From Epiperipatus broadwayi (Eukaryota; Animalia; Onychophora), in NCBI GenBank assembly GCA_028023455.1, contig JAQFVV010000003.1, positions 2,604,001 to 2,668,000 on the forward strand: a stretch of DNA of 64,000 nt. Reading direction: 5' to 3'. The translations under genes were made by a program, and so were the position numbers. Every line of letters begins with the position of its first letter. The stretch's first letter is position 1. Positions 50,540-64,000 of this stretch are shown piece after piece. A model generated the notes under the pieces. It was not told where the DNA came from. It did no database searches and saw nothing but the letters and a program-made list of their open reading frames with translations.

Positions 50540-53070
50540 AGCTATATATGAGAGGCCGGACAATTTTAAAAAAATACATTAAAGCGTTAATGTGTAGATT
50601 TTGGAGCATAGAAAGGCAAGAAAAACTGCAAAGGGATGTAGAAAGAGAAAAATATATGAAAGAGGAGGGGATGTATACACAGTTTTCTCTGAAACAAATA
50701 ACGAAGTTAAAAAAGGTAATCGAATACCCGATCTCGGAATACCAGATGATGAGTATAGTAAAGAGAAACATGCCAAAATATGTACAGAATAGACTATCTA
50801 CCTGTATCCATAAAGTATTGGAGGAGGTATTGGAAGCACTTTGAATAGAGGAAAGCATAGAGGAACAAGAGGATCAAGAAGAAACTAAACCCAAAGTGTT
50901 AAATGTAGTAATAGAAGAAAGAGTACAGACAATGGCTGACCAAACATGCCCAGTGATCACAGTAAAAGTACAGGGGATTCAAGTGCAAGCATTGTTGGAT
51001 TCAGGGAGCCAAGTCTCTATATTTTCCAATGAAATACTAAACCAAATTAGGAATCAGGAAGGGAAAATACACATATTACCTCTAAAAAAAATCAGAAATA
51101 ATGATGGCAAATGGTAAAAGAGTTAGGCTCGACCCCATGCAGGTATATGGAGAAATACAGGTGGGAAAACAAAGGATACAACATACGCTATTATCAATGA
51201 CAAATTTAATAGAAGATATGATACTGGGGTCAGACTTTATGCATCAGACTCACACCAAAATTAATTACTGTAAAAAAATAGCGATAATAGAAAATAAAAG
51301 AATTTTGTTTAGTGAATGAAGTAGTCAAAGTAATAAAGTAGTACAGATGATAGTAGAGGATATTTATGAGGAAATAGAGAACAAAGTAAGCAAGTTAAAG
51401 AAAATATAATAACACTGGGAAAACCGACTCAGAGATATATTACAGCAGCATGAACGAGTATTTGCTATGAACCCTGGCATTATAAAGGGATATGTACACC
51501 GGATAAGAGTAAAAGAGAAGACTCAGTTTCAGGGGAGATCATACCCTATTCCAGTTAAATATAAAACTAAAATAGACAGTCAAATACGACAGATGGAACA
51601 ATGGGTAATCATAAAAAAACAGCAGTCTCCTTATATAAACCCTCTGGTAATTGGAAAAAAAATACGGCTCCATGAGGGTATGTTTAGATATGCGGCAGTT
51701 AAATGCTATTATGATACCAGACAGAGATGTACTCGTATAACAGATTTACTGTTAGAATTTCATGAAAAGAAGTACTTCTCATCTTTTGACTTAACTTTGG
51801 GTTACTGGCAGATGCCACTTCATAGAGAAGATCAAAAGTACACCACATTTAGATATGAGGGGTATACATATGTGTTTCAATGTGTGCCATTCAGGCTGGT
51901 TAATAGTGGATCCGGTTTGTTACACTGTTTAGACCAGGTATTATCCAACAGGGTGAAACAGTTCATCATATATTATATGGATGATGTTGTAATAGCTTCA
52001 CATTCCTCTCAAGAGCATTTAGAAAAATTATCAGTGTTTTACAGGAATGTCAAAAGAAAAACATTACGATCAATTTTAAAAAAAGGAACATTTTGCAAAA
52101 AGAAATTTCATTTTTATGTCATCTTGTCTGCATGCAAAGTGTAAGCCTGCATCCTGATAAAATTGAAGCAATAACCAATTTTTCTCAACCTAAGAATAAG
52201 AAACAAATCAGATCATTTCTCAGCATATGTAACTTTTATCAGAGATTCTATGAGAATTTTTCCAGAGACACAGAAGTGCTTATACAACTGCTTAGAAAAG
52301 AAAGTCAATGGGAGTGGGGAGAAAAACAATGTGAAGCATTCAAAACGATTAAAGAAAACTTTCTAAAAGTAGTTATACTTGCTTATCCTGATTTTAAAAA
52401 AACCTTTTATGCTACAAATGGACAGCAGAAAAGTTGGGTTGGGGGCCATTCTATTTTCAAGAAAATGAAGAAAGAAAACCACAAGTCTATATTTTTTAAG
52501 TAGAACTCTAAATCAAGTAGAAAGAAATTATACAGCTATTGAAAGGGCAGTGCTGGCCATAATTTGGGCATTAAACAAACTCAAACATTTATTACTAGGA
52601 TCGGAGATTATCATTATCATGGACCATAAGAATTTGGAGTTTATTAACAAATGCTATTTAACAAATGATAGACTTATAAGATGGGCCCTATATCTTCAAA
52701 CATTCACTTACTGGGTAGTACATTGCTCAGGAAAATAAAATATAGTACCCAATATACTGAGTAGAAATCCGGCTCCAGACAAAGGTCAGAACCTAACACC
52801 AGAGGGAGCCTGATCAACCCCACTTGCAATAGAGTCTGATAAAGTGATGAAAAGTGGTATGAAGAGAATAAAGTTTTTTTAAGCATCTGATTTTACATGC
52901 AAAAAACTAATACAAGGCTGTAATAATATCAAACAGACCAGAAATCATGTACAAGATAATAATAATTACAGTGGTATAGAATGATGAACGGGACGTTGAT
53001 GTTTCAGGTTAAGCGGAGGATAGATTGATGGAAAATAGTTATACCTCAGAAAAGTAATGACACAGTAAAG
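50540..53070 (+). mobile_element. Decayed Gypsy LTR retrotransposon (gag, PR, RT, RNase H, start of IN)
   Basis: gag-like FWS..RQ; protease ALLDSGSQVSI; RT FDLTLGYWQ, VPFRL, YMDD; RNase H LAIIWAL...IIMDHKNL...RWALYLQ; integrase start WKIVIPQK. Many frameshifts. LTRs not defined. Confidence 0.92.
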
Positions 53071-54429
53071 AAAAAAAGTGCCAAACAACATGTCGCACAC
53101 TGTCATTTGTTTCAATTTTGTGTTATGCCCTAGATTCATGTGAACATTATGAGTGCACTGGACTAAGCCCAGAACACAATGAACCAATATAAATATAGAT
53201 TTCAAGGGTTATCTTATTATCATTTTAGAAGCTGTGGAAAAATATTATTTCATGTTGGAATCCTTATGCTAGTGTATGCATGTGGTATCATACCTTTCCA
53301 GTGGTAAATTGATTTGTCATACATATTATTTTATATATTTAATCTGCAAAGTGTATGCCAATTATTAATTCAGCAATAAATTTTTGTTTAGTACCAATAA
53401 AATGAAGAAAATGTATGTTCTGATTAACATTTCCTCTTTTTAAAAAAGTAAATGCTATATTGTTAACAAAAGAAAACAAAACAATAACAGAAATGAAATG
53501 TATTAAACCAGGGTATTGAATAAATAACATCATTAAGCATATAAGAATGCACAGGTGCAGAATTATTTGCAATAAATTAAAACTTAAAAATGGTGCACTT
53601 GTGACCAACTATAACCAACTTTTCACTTAGTCCAAAAAAAAAAAAAAGAATGTGAGCAAAGAGTATTATAAGACCTTTTAAATTTTACAAAAAAAAAAAA
53701 TCCATGATTATGAATGAACTATGTGATAAAATAATGATTCAAAGATTGACAAAGTCAGGAAAAATAGTATTTCTTATATAGGACCAAAACAACCATGTAA
53801 AATATATAGGAAAATAACAGAAACATTACAATGAGCATGTAGTGTTTAGCAAAGATCTACTCAAAGTTATAATTTTCAATAAAAATATATTACTTAATAT
53901 CCAGATATAGGCTTTAAATTTAGTAAACTTCAAATATATCTTTAATGTTATCTACATAGGTAAATGTGTTTGAAATATAAAAATGAGAATTAAATCTATA
54001 TTCTAAATATGTATATATGTTGAAAAAATATAGAGACTAACTAAAGAAATATACACAAAAATAAGAAGAAGAAACAAAATTGCTTGCATATAAAACTGCT
54101 ATCTATAATATTTGAACCAGAGGACTAGTTTTCATGAGGGAAAAAATAAAATAAAATAGTGATATTCAAAAATTATGTAAGTTTATATGCAACATATTAA
54201 ACAAAAACAACTACTATTGGTTAAAAGATTACACCAAGAAATTTAACTGACTAATCGCTAATTTATTTCAGTGTACATTAAAAAACTGCATTAAAATGTA
54301 TCTAAAAAATATAACCATATGACTACACAAATATATGTGTGTATATACAAAAAATATTTTATATTCACATTAAAAATTAAAATAAAATCTAAATGAATTG
54401 TGAATGCATATTAATTAAATATTACAAAT

Positions 54430-54460
<31 letters not shown>

Positions 54461-54619
54461 AAATCAATAATTAAATAATTTTAATGAATCATATGTATAT
54501 GATATATGTTTATACATCCATCAACATACACACACAAAAAAAATTTACATATATGTAAATGTAAAAATAAATAAATGAAATAAAGTAAAAAACACATTAG
54601 AAAATTAGATTATTTAAAA

Positions 54620-55200
54620 ATCTAATAGTGTCTATGTTTAAATTATAAGGTCTTGAATCAAAAAGTAAAAAAAACATTTCTTTTGTTTTCTCTTTCTCAT
54701 GGAAAAATAATTATTCTGTAAAATGATTAAACTCAAATCATCAAATGAATGAACTGCTAAATTAAAATGTTTTAATACCAATCTGCCTTATTTTTATGCA
54801 AAATCTCAAATCTATAATAAGTTATAGTAATATGTAGATTATATACTGATTCACCTACATAATGTTTCAAATTCCTATTACACTTTTGTAACTGACATAG
54901 TTAGGGATATACTACTTAAAGTTATTCATATTACTTTGGACTATTTTTTATCAATATATTTGCACATAAGACATCTTTTATTACCACATGGAAAACAATA
55001 TTTTTCTGATACAAAATTACTAATCAAATATATCTTTAAGTGTTCTGTGCCTTCACTATACAACCTTAGGGGATTGGGAAATATATATTTTAAATAATGT
55101 GTAGAACTTAATATATTAAAATGTTTCCACAATATATAATTAATATTAGGTAAGTCACTATTAAAATTAAGTACCAATGGTGGAACTTATTTTTTGTCTT
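54620..55200 (-). mobile_element. Neptune-type Penelope-like 3' fragment (Cys linker plus GIY-YIG)
   Basis: LPNINYILWKHFNIL...LKYIFPNP...PCGNKRCLMCKYI, then QKCNRNLKHYVGES and HFNLAVHSFDDL. Confidence 0.75.
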
Positions 55201-56131
55201 TAGATAAAAAGTTCCTTCTCAATTTACTGAAGACTTTAAAACTATTATTTAACAATGACTTAGAATGTATCATTTTCATCAATCTACTATATATATAATC
55301 TTATTTTTTGTTGTATAAATTTTTCATTACTACAAATTCTTGGTTGCTATGAAAATGTAGATAGTTATGGTTATCAGTTGGTTTGCTATATACAGTATTA
55401 CTAAAAAAATTATTAATGTAAATAATTTCAACATTAAAAAAATAGGCAATTGTTTTAAAAAAATTAATTGTAAAATGTATATTTTTATTAAAATTATTTA
55501 TATAGACTAAGAATCTATGAAGTTCAATTTCATAATGTTACTATATCATAAAAATATCATCTATACATCTAAATGAAGTGTGTGAATTTAAGCCTAGAAT
55601 TACCAAATATAAATGATTCTAGTTGTACCATAAAAGGGTTAGAATAACTTGGTGACATTTTTGTACCAATTGTAGTATTTGTTTTTGTAAATAATATGTT
55701 GAATTGAAAGTGAATGAAATAATTCAGTAAACAGAGATAATTTGCCTTTGATATTGCTAAGAAAATATCAATTACTACTAAGTGACAATTTCTCTAAGGC
55801 TAAACAAGTTTTTCCATTATCCTACAATAACTCTTTTGAACCCTATTGTTGCATGTATTATATTGATTGTAAGTAAAATTATGTAGTAGAATTATGCTTT
55901 CATTTTCCACATTGGTTACTTAGTGATTGGTTTGACATTAATTCATCATCATGTTTACCAAGTCTAAGTCTTGTAAAATGACATACAATACTGTGACATT
56001 GAATTCATTATTTGTGTATATATATATATATAAGTATGATTTTTTAACTAGGATTTTTATCTTTCTATTAGATAAGTGAAACTAATCTATCATTATATTT
56101 CTTTAATATAACGAAAAATAAACATTTGTTG

Positions 56132-56170
<39 letters not shown>

Positions 56171-56819
56171 GGGGGGGGTATTTACTCCATAAAATGAAAA
56201 TACATGCTCAACCACCTATTAATTTTATATTATAAATGAGTTTGATTTGGTGGTGAAAGTGAATACAAAGTTTGGATGTAAGCTAACCTTACATTAAAAT
56301 TTTAACACTTATTCAGAGTATATGCCTTTGGTTTAGCATTGGATTGTCTGTTTAAAAAGAAGGATCATAAAACCTATTTATTCTAATTTCTATTGTTTCC
56401 TCACTACTTCTTTCCGATTTTTTGCTTTATTGCTTGCATCATAGTGAGATGGAGATTTATATATGTTTTTTTTTATTGTTATTATGATGGTTGTATGGTG
56501 TGAAGTCAACTGATAATATGTCTCTATTACAGATGGCACATTGTCAAACTTGTTAGTCTTTACTCTGCTCCTTTTTTAGGTTTATTGGTTTCCCTAAGGA
56601 CTAACTAAATGTTGGAATGTCCACCATTCTGTATGGATCAACCCCTAAGTCTCAGTTGACTCTAAATCATCACAGTAATTGCTTTTGCAATTACCTGGGG
56701 ATTCTCTCATCATAGATTAATGACTCCCTATTTTTATATTATCTCACTTCCTTTTCTAACTCTAATTGAGATTTATGCCTATCCTTTTCTGCTTATCAGT
56801 TAAATACCTACTCATTGGC

Positions 56820-59800
56820 CACTCTCTTTAATCAAAATAAGGTTTTAAACTGCAAGTGTTATATGTTTCCTTCACTTTTCCATTTACTTCTATCCAAAAT
56901 GCATTTGGAACTGACTGTTTCACAATAGTGAATGGTCCCTTGTATTGGTTATAAAATTTTTGGCATTTCCCTTCCATTGGATTACTCATATGGGGTTTTT
57001 TGATGAGTACTTTGTCCCCTATCTTGAAGTTGTGGGGACTCTCTTTTATTTTTGTTCCACCTCTCATTCTTATTTGTTAATTGCTCATATGCTTGTTATG
57101 TAATATCATATGCTTGTTATGTAATATGGAGATACACTGGTTGAAGTGTAGTCTTATGACCATTAATTGAGTCGATTCAATGTAATTGACAACATGCTCA
57201 GTTTGCCTTGACTACATGCTCTGTTTATCTTACCCACCCTTTATGCTTATACTCTAGGTAAGTCCTGAATAAACATCCAAGCTGCCACATTACATATTCA
57301 CTAGTGTTCAACTGTGGTTTCCTAATGGATGTGAGCACATATCTGATTTGAAAATTTTTCACCCATTTTTTCCATTTTTTGGATAGGAAAGGCATACCAT
57401 GGTCATTTGTTAGGATTGTCTTGGGCTTCCTTATTCTTCAAATTGGAGGGTGTCTAATACCTTGATCATGTGTCTGGTATTAGCTTGGAGTATTGGATAA
57501 GCTGAAATGTATTTTGAGATCATAAGCAACCAATAAGTATTTCTTTTTGTTATATGGGTGTAATGGCCCATAATAATCGATTGCTAATATCTCATTTGGT
57601 CTTTTGGGTATGATTGATTTTAAAGTTTTGCTGTAATTTTATTTACTAGCTTGGCTTGTAAGCACACTAGACAATCTTGAAGTGACTTTAAAATATCTTT
57701 ATACATTCTTGGCTAGTAAAACCAAATTCTCATAAGTGTGTTCTGTTTTATGGGCACCAAACTATCTGTATAAACAGTAGATATATTTTATGAGTGGGTC
57801 ACACAATTTTTTAGGTATTACTACCATCTACTCATGTTGATCTATGTTTTCTTTGTAAAATAAGACCTGGTTTTCTATCTTATAGTATGTGAGATCCTTT
57901 GACATTCAAAACTTTCTCTTTCAAAATTTTTATGATTGCCTTTAAATCTGGGTCTTCAAATTATAATTGAGGTAGGTTCCCTAAATTGTTCTCTACATTA
58001 CTATCAGTTATTAAATTGATACTTGTAACATAGGCATTCTCTACCAACAAATGATTCTGTTCTGACCTACATGGGTTATGACTAAGCACATCAGCCACAA
58101 CATTCTTGGATCCTTTACAGTATTGCATGGTACAATTGAATTCCTATAACAACAAACTCCACATGACTCGATGACAGTCAGGTAGCTGTGATTCAGGAAT
58201 TCAAGGCTTTTATGGTCTGTGATCACTATCATCATCGATATGAGCAGCATCTGTCAAAACTTTTTTAAAAAGCACATTATTTCTAGTGCTTCTGCTCAGT
58301 AACTGTGTAATTTATTTATCTTCTGGACCTAAGCCACTGATGAAATAGAGGACCCCAGGCTGGCCATCCTCCTGGATCTGAGATAGCATTACCCCTAATC
58401 TGAAACTACTACTCTCTGTTTGGACAATGAATGGTTTATTAAAATCAGGGAAGGCTAACATGGTTTGCTCTAAGAACCCTGTTTTAATATTTTCAAATGC
58501 CTTGTCCTGTTCCTGCCAGTTCCATCCTCATCTTTTCTAATTAGTTTTAAGTGGTTCTATGTGGTCTGAGAACTTCTGGTAGAAACAGTTGTAAAAGTTA
58601 CACAGGCCTAAAAATTATCTAATTTGTTTTCTGTTGGTTTGGTTTAGGAAAGTTTTGAATGGCACTGATCTTTTCCAGATGAGGCCTTATCCCATTGTAC
58701 TCAACAATATGATCTAGGATGACTACCTGGTTTGAAATTAGAGTACTCTTCTTGAAATTGATTTTGACCCCTCTTTTATAGCATTCTTCAAAAAATATAG
58801 TAAGATGTTGATGTTCTTCAATTGTGGCAGATGCAATGATCAAATCATCCACATAAATAGTTATGATCTGTTTAACCTCAATAGATAGGGTCATATCTAG
58901 ATATCTAATCAAACCAGCACTCCTATTTATCAATCTTAAAGGCCTATTTATCAATCTTAAAGGCATCCTACTGAACTGATATGTAAAACCATAATATTGG
59001 AAGCCAGTGTATTGTTGATCTTCAGAATGGAGTTCAATCTGCCAATAGGTGGATGTTAGATCGAAAGTGAAAAACACCTTCTTGTTTCCAAATCTCACAA
59101 ATAATTTGTATATGGGCAATGAAAGGTTCCTGTCCATGACAGTAATTTTGTTTAGTTGTCTAGCATCCAAACAAAATCTCATCAACCCTTCTTTCTTCTT
59201 CACAGTTACAACTGGATTATAGTAAGGTGAAATTCATTTGGAAATAATCCCCAATCCAGCATTTTACTAATCAGTTTGAATATTTCTTCATGTTCCTGGT
59301 ATGGAATGGGTATGATTTGGATTGAAATGGTTTGTCATGTACTAATCTAATTCTCTGTTGAAATCCATTTATCACTCCTGGTATCTCTGAGAAAATCAGG
59401 TGAAATTCATTAATAACAGATCGCAATTTTAAATGCATCATCACTTCCAAGAAAGTTGGACATTGTGAGTTCTTCTGGGATATTGGATATAACTTCAGGT
59501 AGATCATATCTCAGAAGCAATGTCATCTCCAAGACTTCATTTACTTTAACTGTTTTGTTACAGAAATCAATAATGCAGGTGTTCAAATAGAGGAAGTCTG
59601 CCCCTAGAATAACATCATGGATTAGGCTATTCAGTATTAAAAACACATGGTAGAGGATTGTTTGGCCTACTTTGATCTCAACCCAGATTTGCTTTTGTGC
59701 TAGTTTAGCTTTCCTGCTGTTAGCCATGGTAACCTGAATAGATTTCAGTGGTAAGGTTTTGATGTTGGAATTTTTGGTCAGAATCTTCTGGTAGAATTTG

Positions 59801-62709
59801 TCTGACACAACTGAAATCTGGCTATCAGAATCTAACAGTGCCTTAACCAGCAAGCCCTCCAAAAAAATCTCTATCATGGGGCAGCTTTGCAAAGTAAAGT
59901 TGGGTGCTTTATCCTCCCATGAACACATCATATTAGTGATTTTTCAATCAGGGGTTTGGTTCACATTCCTCAGGGTCATTTTGGTTTCTTGAGGTGAGAA
60001 ACATAGCCTCAAGTACCTTTCTAGTTTGGTTTTTTCTGGACTGTGGGTATGTAATTACTGCACCCTGGTTTTGGGGATTTCCTCAGACTATGAGGAGGGC
60101 TTATCCCTGTTTTGTTAATACTTATCCAGTTTCTTTTGGGTGACCAGATGTAAGAAGGGTTCCTTTGTAAGGATTTTCCCTTCCAATGGCTGGTATCATT
60201 GTTATTTTTCCTTTTTTGTAGAATATGGCATTGACAGTGGCTGCCTCTTTTCTTTTCTCTAATCCCTTTTCTCGTGTTCTAGTTGACAGGTTGGTATTGT
60301 TCATGTCTATGTTGTTCAGCAATTCAGCTATCTGCTCAATGCTTCTAGCACTGGTACATAATAGCGATTGCTCTATTTTAATTTTTTTTATAATTTCACC
60401 CTCAGGTGGTAGGTGTTAAGTGTTCTTAACTTTGTGACCTGGCAGTAAAAGAACATTATCAAAGTCTCTCTTGGTGTTGACCTGTACTTCTCCTGGAATA
60501 GTTGGTATAACAGGGCCTCTTGCCTATTCCTATTTCAGAAATTCTTGACTAACAGTTTGGTAGTCGTCAAATGTGGATGGGGCTTGGAATAATGACCAAA
60601 CCATCTCCTTGAAGATGGCTGTATGCAATGATCACTTTCTCTTCTGATAAATTTCCATTTTTTGAAAAGTAAAGATTGACACTCCTAAGATGCTCAATGT
60701 GGGCTTTGTTAGTGGCTCCCTTGAATATTTTTAACCTTACAAACTGGTTAATTGTGCTGAATTGGGCTGGGTGGCCATGCATCTTATTTATCTCAGGGAT
60801 GTTCATCTGTGGTGTCAATACATTGATTTCAGGGTTGGCCTGATAAGTATTTGGGACTAACACTTCTAAATTAAAGTTAAGAGAATAAATTTTCCTCTTA
60901 GGCATTATATGATGTGGGAGAGTAGGTTTCTTACAAGGATCTTTCTTTATCTGCTTGTTGTTGAGGGCAACATCCAAGTGATTTTCCCTATCAATCCATT
61001 CTTCCCTATTATTCTGGGTTGTTGAGTCAATCCTGATTTGTGGGTTTCCATGGTTGGTGTCCTTTGAAACAGCTGAGACTTGATCTTTACAATTCTCTGG
61101 TTGAGAGCTTCATATAAATTGTCAATCCAGTCCTGTGTTTCATTTACATAATCAACCAGTTTCTTCAGAATGGTCCTGTCTAGGATTGTTTCAGTCTCTG
61201 ATAAGGCTATATTGTCCTCAAGTCACTTAAGATAATGGTTAAGGACTCTTAGTATCCTATCCCATGACCCTGCCTCGACATTGTTTCACAGAGTTGATCT
61301 ATCCTTGAGTATTCAACTTGGAACTCCTTTTTTGATTTTGTCTCATAGATTTTCCTGTTCCACGTGCATCTCATCTGAGATCTCTTGACTCTTGTGTACG
61401 TCATCACATTTGACATTTAATTGCCCAATGATGCTACATTTAAACTATTTGAACCATTTCTGGCACTTTAAATCTTTTTATCAGCTTCATTTTTTAGGTT
61501 GCCAAGTGTTTGTTTTATTTCAGAGTTGTCTCTCTGAACACTATACAAGTTGATGGACAATTTTTCCATATCTGTGGACAGCCTAATCTTTATATGACTC
61601 ATATCTATTTTTAGATCTGATCTAACACTATCCATGTACACTTTCAACTTTTCTTCCATGTTGGCCATCCTGTTACTGAATTCTTCCTTCATTCCCATTT
61701 TATCATTTTTCATGTCTGTTCATATTACTTAGTCATTCTTGCTTCCATGTCAGTGAGCATTTGGAGTATTTGTTCCATCATTGTTCTCTCCAGTATCCCA
61801 GGTTATTTTGCTTTCAGGTGCCTGGCCACTTCCTCATCAAGTATTCCTTGTGCTTGAGGTAACACTTGAACTGCAACCTGCCTGTGGAAGGTGATCAACT
61901 TCAGTCATAGACCCCTTGGCTATTTGGCTCTGCAAAGACCATTTTCTCCTACTACTAGAATTAGCTTCCATTTCACAATCACTAACATCTTGTAATTCCT
62001 CAGTATGTTCCATATTTTTGCTTATTAACAGTTTACCATTATCATTAAAAACTTTTCTCAGTAGTTAAGTATAATGTTATTCACTTTTTTTATAAATATA
62101 GAGATGTGTCATAGGACCTCATGCTATTTCTTTATCATTTAGCACATATATTTAACTTCTCACTGCATTTTCATGTTGGTGTATATGTTACTTTTAATAC
62201 CTATTTTTTAGCCTGTCTGTTTACTTGCCTAGTTCACCTATTTTAATGTAATTTTATTAGTTAATTATTTATTTGTGGTCTTAGTATATTCTCATTTCCA
62301 TCAATCAATTCATATTTGATGTGTCACATCAAGTTCCTTTCTTGGTTATTTGTATTAATCAGCTGCTACTTAGATAATTCCAATCAAAGTGAAGAAGTTC
62401 CAATAGTTTTTTTTCTTTTTTTTAAATATACCAGTCCAATGACTGGATCTCCATGGAAACTTACATTTTTAGCCCCTAAGTATGGGTGCCAAAGTGTGAT
62501 GGTCTGTGTTTTCCACCACAAGAGGGGGAATGCATCTAACTATGGTCAGACCTATTGTCCTTGTATAGAATGCCATGAATGAGACAATGAAGTATCTAAC
62601 CAATGATCATGTCTACCTCCAATGGGCTAGCTCTAGGTTTACTCATTAAATTCATACACAATTTAGGTTAGTTCATCCACACCTCACACCTCTTTTGTAT
62701 TCCATCACA
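56820..62709 (-). mobile_element. Decayed Gypsy LTR retrotransposon with 5' LTR and PBS; 3' LTR not found
   Basis: 5' LTR 62495-62709 with TGTGATGG/CCATCACA termini. Coiled-coil gag; protease ALLDSDSQISV; RT FDLTSTYWQ, YVDD; RNase H; integrase remnants; GDKVL...YKGPF (GPY/F) at 56828-57067. Confidence 0.92.
62472..62491 (-). promoter_or_regulatory. Primer-binding site, tRNA-Lys-like
   Basis: TGGCACCCATACTTAGGGGC lies 3 nt after the LTR and resembles the tRNA-Lys1,2 PBS TGGCGCCCAACGTGGGGC. Confidence 0.65.
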
Positions 62710-63229
62710 CCTCAGAATTCAAATGCAGGAAGAATGCTCCATTCAGCTCTCTTTAGGGATGTATTTACCTTATATAGCAATTACAATACATCTATAAAGG
62801 TTCCAATCATGTAAAGGTTTCATCCAACCATATTATGATGTAAAATAAAGTATGTGTGTATACATATATATCAGTTAAGAATCAATGAACGAACGGATAA
62901 ATGACTTTGCCAAACTAGAGACCATTTAATTAAAAATCAAGTTAACAATGTTTATTGACTAATAAAGTAAAAATTCAAAAACTTTTTTAACAAAAAAAAA
63001 TAGTATGTATATGTATGTGGGTGTCAAATATGTATCTCTACCATATTAATGATTCAATATGTTTATTACTCCAATCCTTGCCGTGATAGGTATACATAAT
63101 TCCACTATATATTTACAAAGTAATTACATAATGCCACTTCATATTTACAAAGTAGATAACAGTAACGAAAAGAAAAATCATTAATTCATCATTACAATGA
63201 TCTCAAAGCTAACTAACTATTTAACAAGT

Positions 63230-63624
63230 TTATATGAAGGTGTGTGAAATATCTTCATTGTCCAATTCCAACTGTAGATGTTCCATCTTCTTTGAAGATC
63301 CCTCTTGACTATGTACAAGTTTTCTATGGTTGATAGAAAAGAATATTCACACAAGAATATTAGTCATCATACTGAATAAACAAATGTAAACAATCATTAG
63401 TTAACAAAAATAAATAAACAAATAAACAGTACAAAATTCTGTCCTGTAGCAAGTGCATGTCTTAATATGGAATAATATCAAATAAAATCTTACCTTATCC
63501 CATATTGTAGTAAGGCTGATGACAAATAGTAAATATGAGATCACTATGTAGGAGAGTTGATGTAAATTTTATTAAAAAAAATGTCTAACTTAACAACCTT
63601 TCTCCCTGCACTTTCTTGATTGCA
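63230..63624 (-). CDS. Candidate 3' exons of an unidentified gene entering from the right
   Basis: Strong donors gtaagt (~63593) and gtaaga (63493). Acceptor tcttttctatcaaccatag| precedes the open frame KLVHSQEGSSKKMEHLQLELDNEDISHTFI* (63323-63230). Upstream exon structure is ambiguous. Confidence 0.3.
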
Positions 63625-64000
63625 ACTATAGTGAACTCTTCCAAGTTGTAGAAATTTAGGTTTCCAAGTGTGGAAGTGCAATAAATAAAAAAATACAGAA
63701 TTCTACAAATGTATATGTAAAATAAAATAAAAAATTATATGACAAATTAAGATTTTTTTCATGTTATCATGCATAAGTTTCGTGAATTAGGCAACAAGTG
63801 TCTCTTATAGATAAAGTTCATTGCTATTCCAGTCATTCTTCTATGGAAAATCACACATTATTGGCAGAGACTCCTTGGTGACATATTTGGAATGATGCTA
63901 TTTTCAACTTCTGTTGTTGTTTTTTTTTGTATCCATCTAGACATTTAAGACAGAGCATTTGATGTTTTAGCATGCTTTATACAATTGAAACTAAACTGAG

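Noticed and set aside
48480-50540. Possible LTR/leader of the plus-strand Gypsy
   Set aside because: No paired LTR, clear TG..CA boundary or convincing PBS was found.
56168-56178. Poly-G run as a polypurine tract
   Set aside because: Wrong strand for the adjacent minus-strand Gypsy. It simply abuts a (TA)n microsatellite.

Overview
AT-rich, CpG-depleted eukaryotic (probably invertebrate) DNA made mostly of transposon debris. No complete host gene can be recognised; there are only weak candidate exons near 3.2-4.9 kb and 63.2-63.6 kb. Conventional content: a 5'-truncated L1/Tx1-type LINE with a target-site duplication (14583-17620), decayed RTE-type LINE pieces, three Gypsy remnants (540-1560 minus, 50.5-53.1 kb plus, 56.8-62.7 kb minus), an internally deleted hAT (39963-41251) and four Penelope-like element (PLE) fragments. 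The main observation is a high density of minimal type I hammerhead ribozyme (HHR) motifs. Two unrelated non-coding tandem-repeat families each carry one HHR per unit, with a short palindromic helix III: family A (~480-bp unit, 5655-6705, plus a fragment at 21784) and family B (~440-450-bp unit, three loci). Five loci, including a bona fide PLE, share a head-to-head inverted junction. The PLE terminal repeats carry HHRs with non-canonical cores. Together this suggests retrozyme-like, possibly circular-RNA-forming, non-autonomous elements mobilised by resident PLEs. Motifs were read by eye, and activity and novelty are untested.
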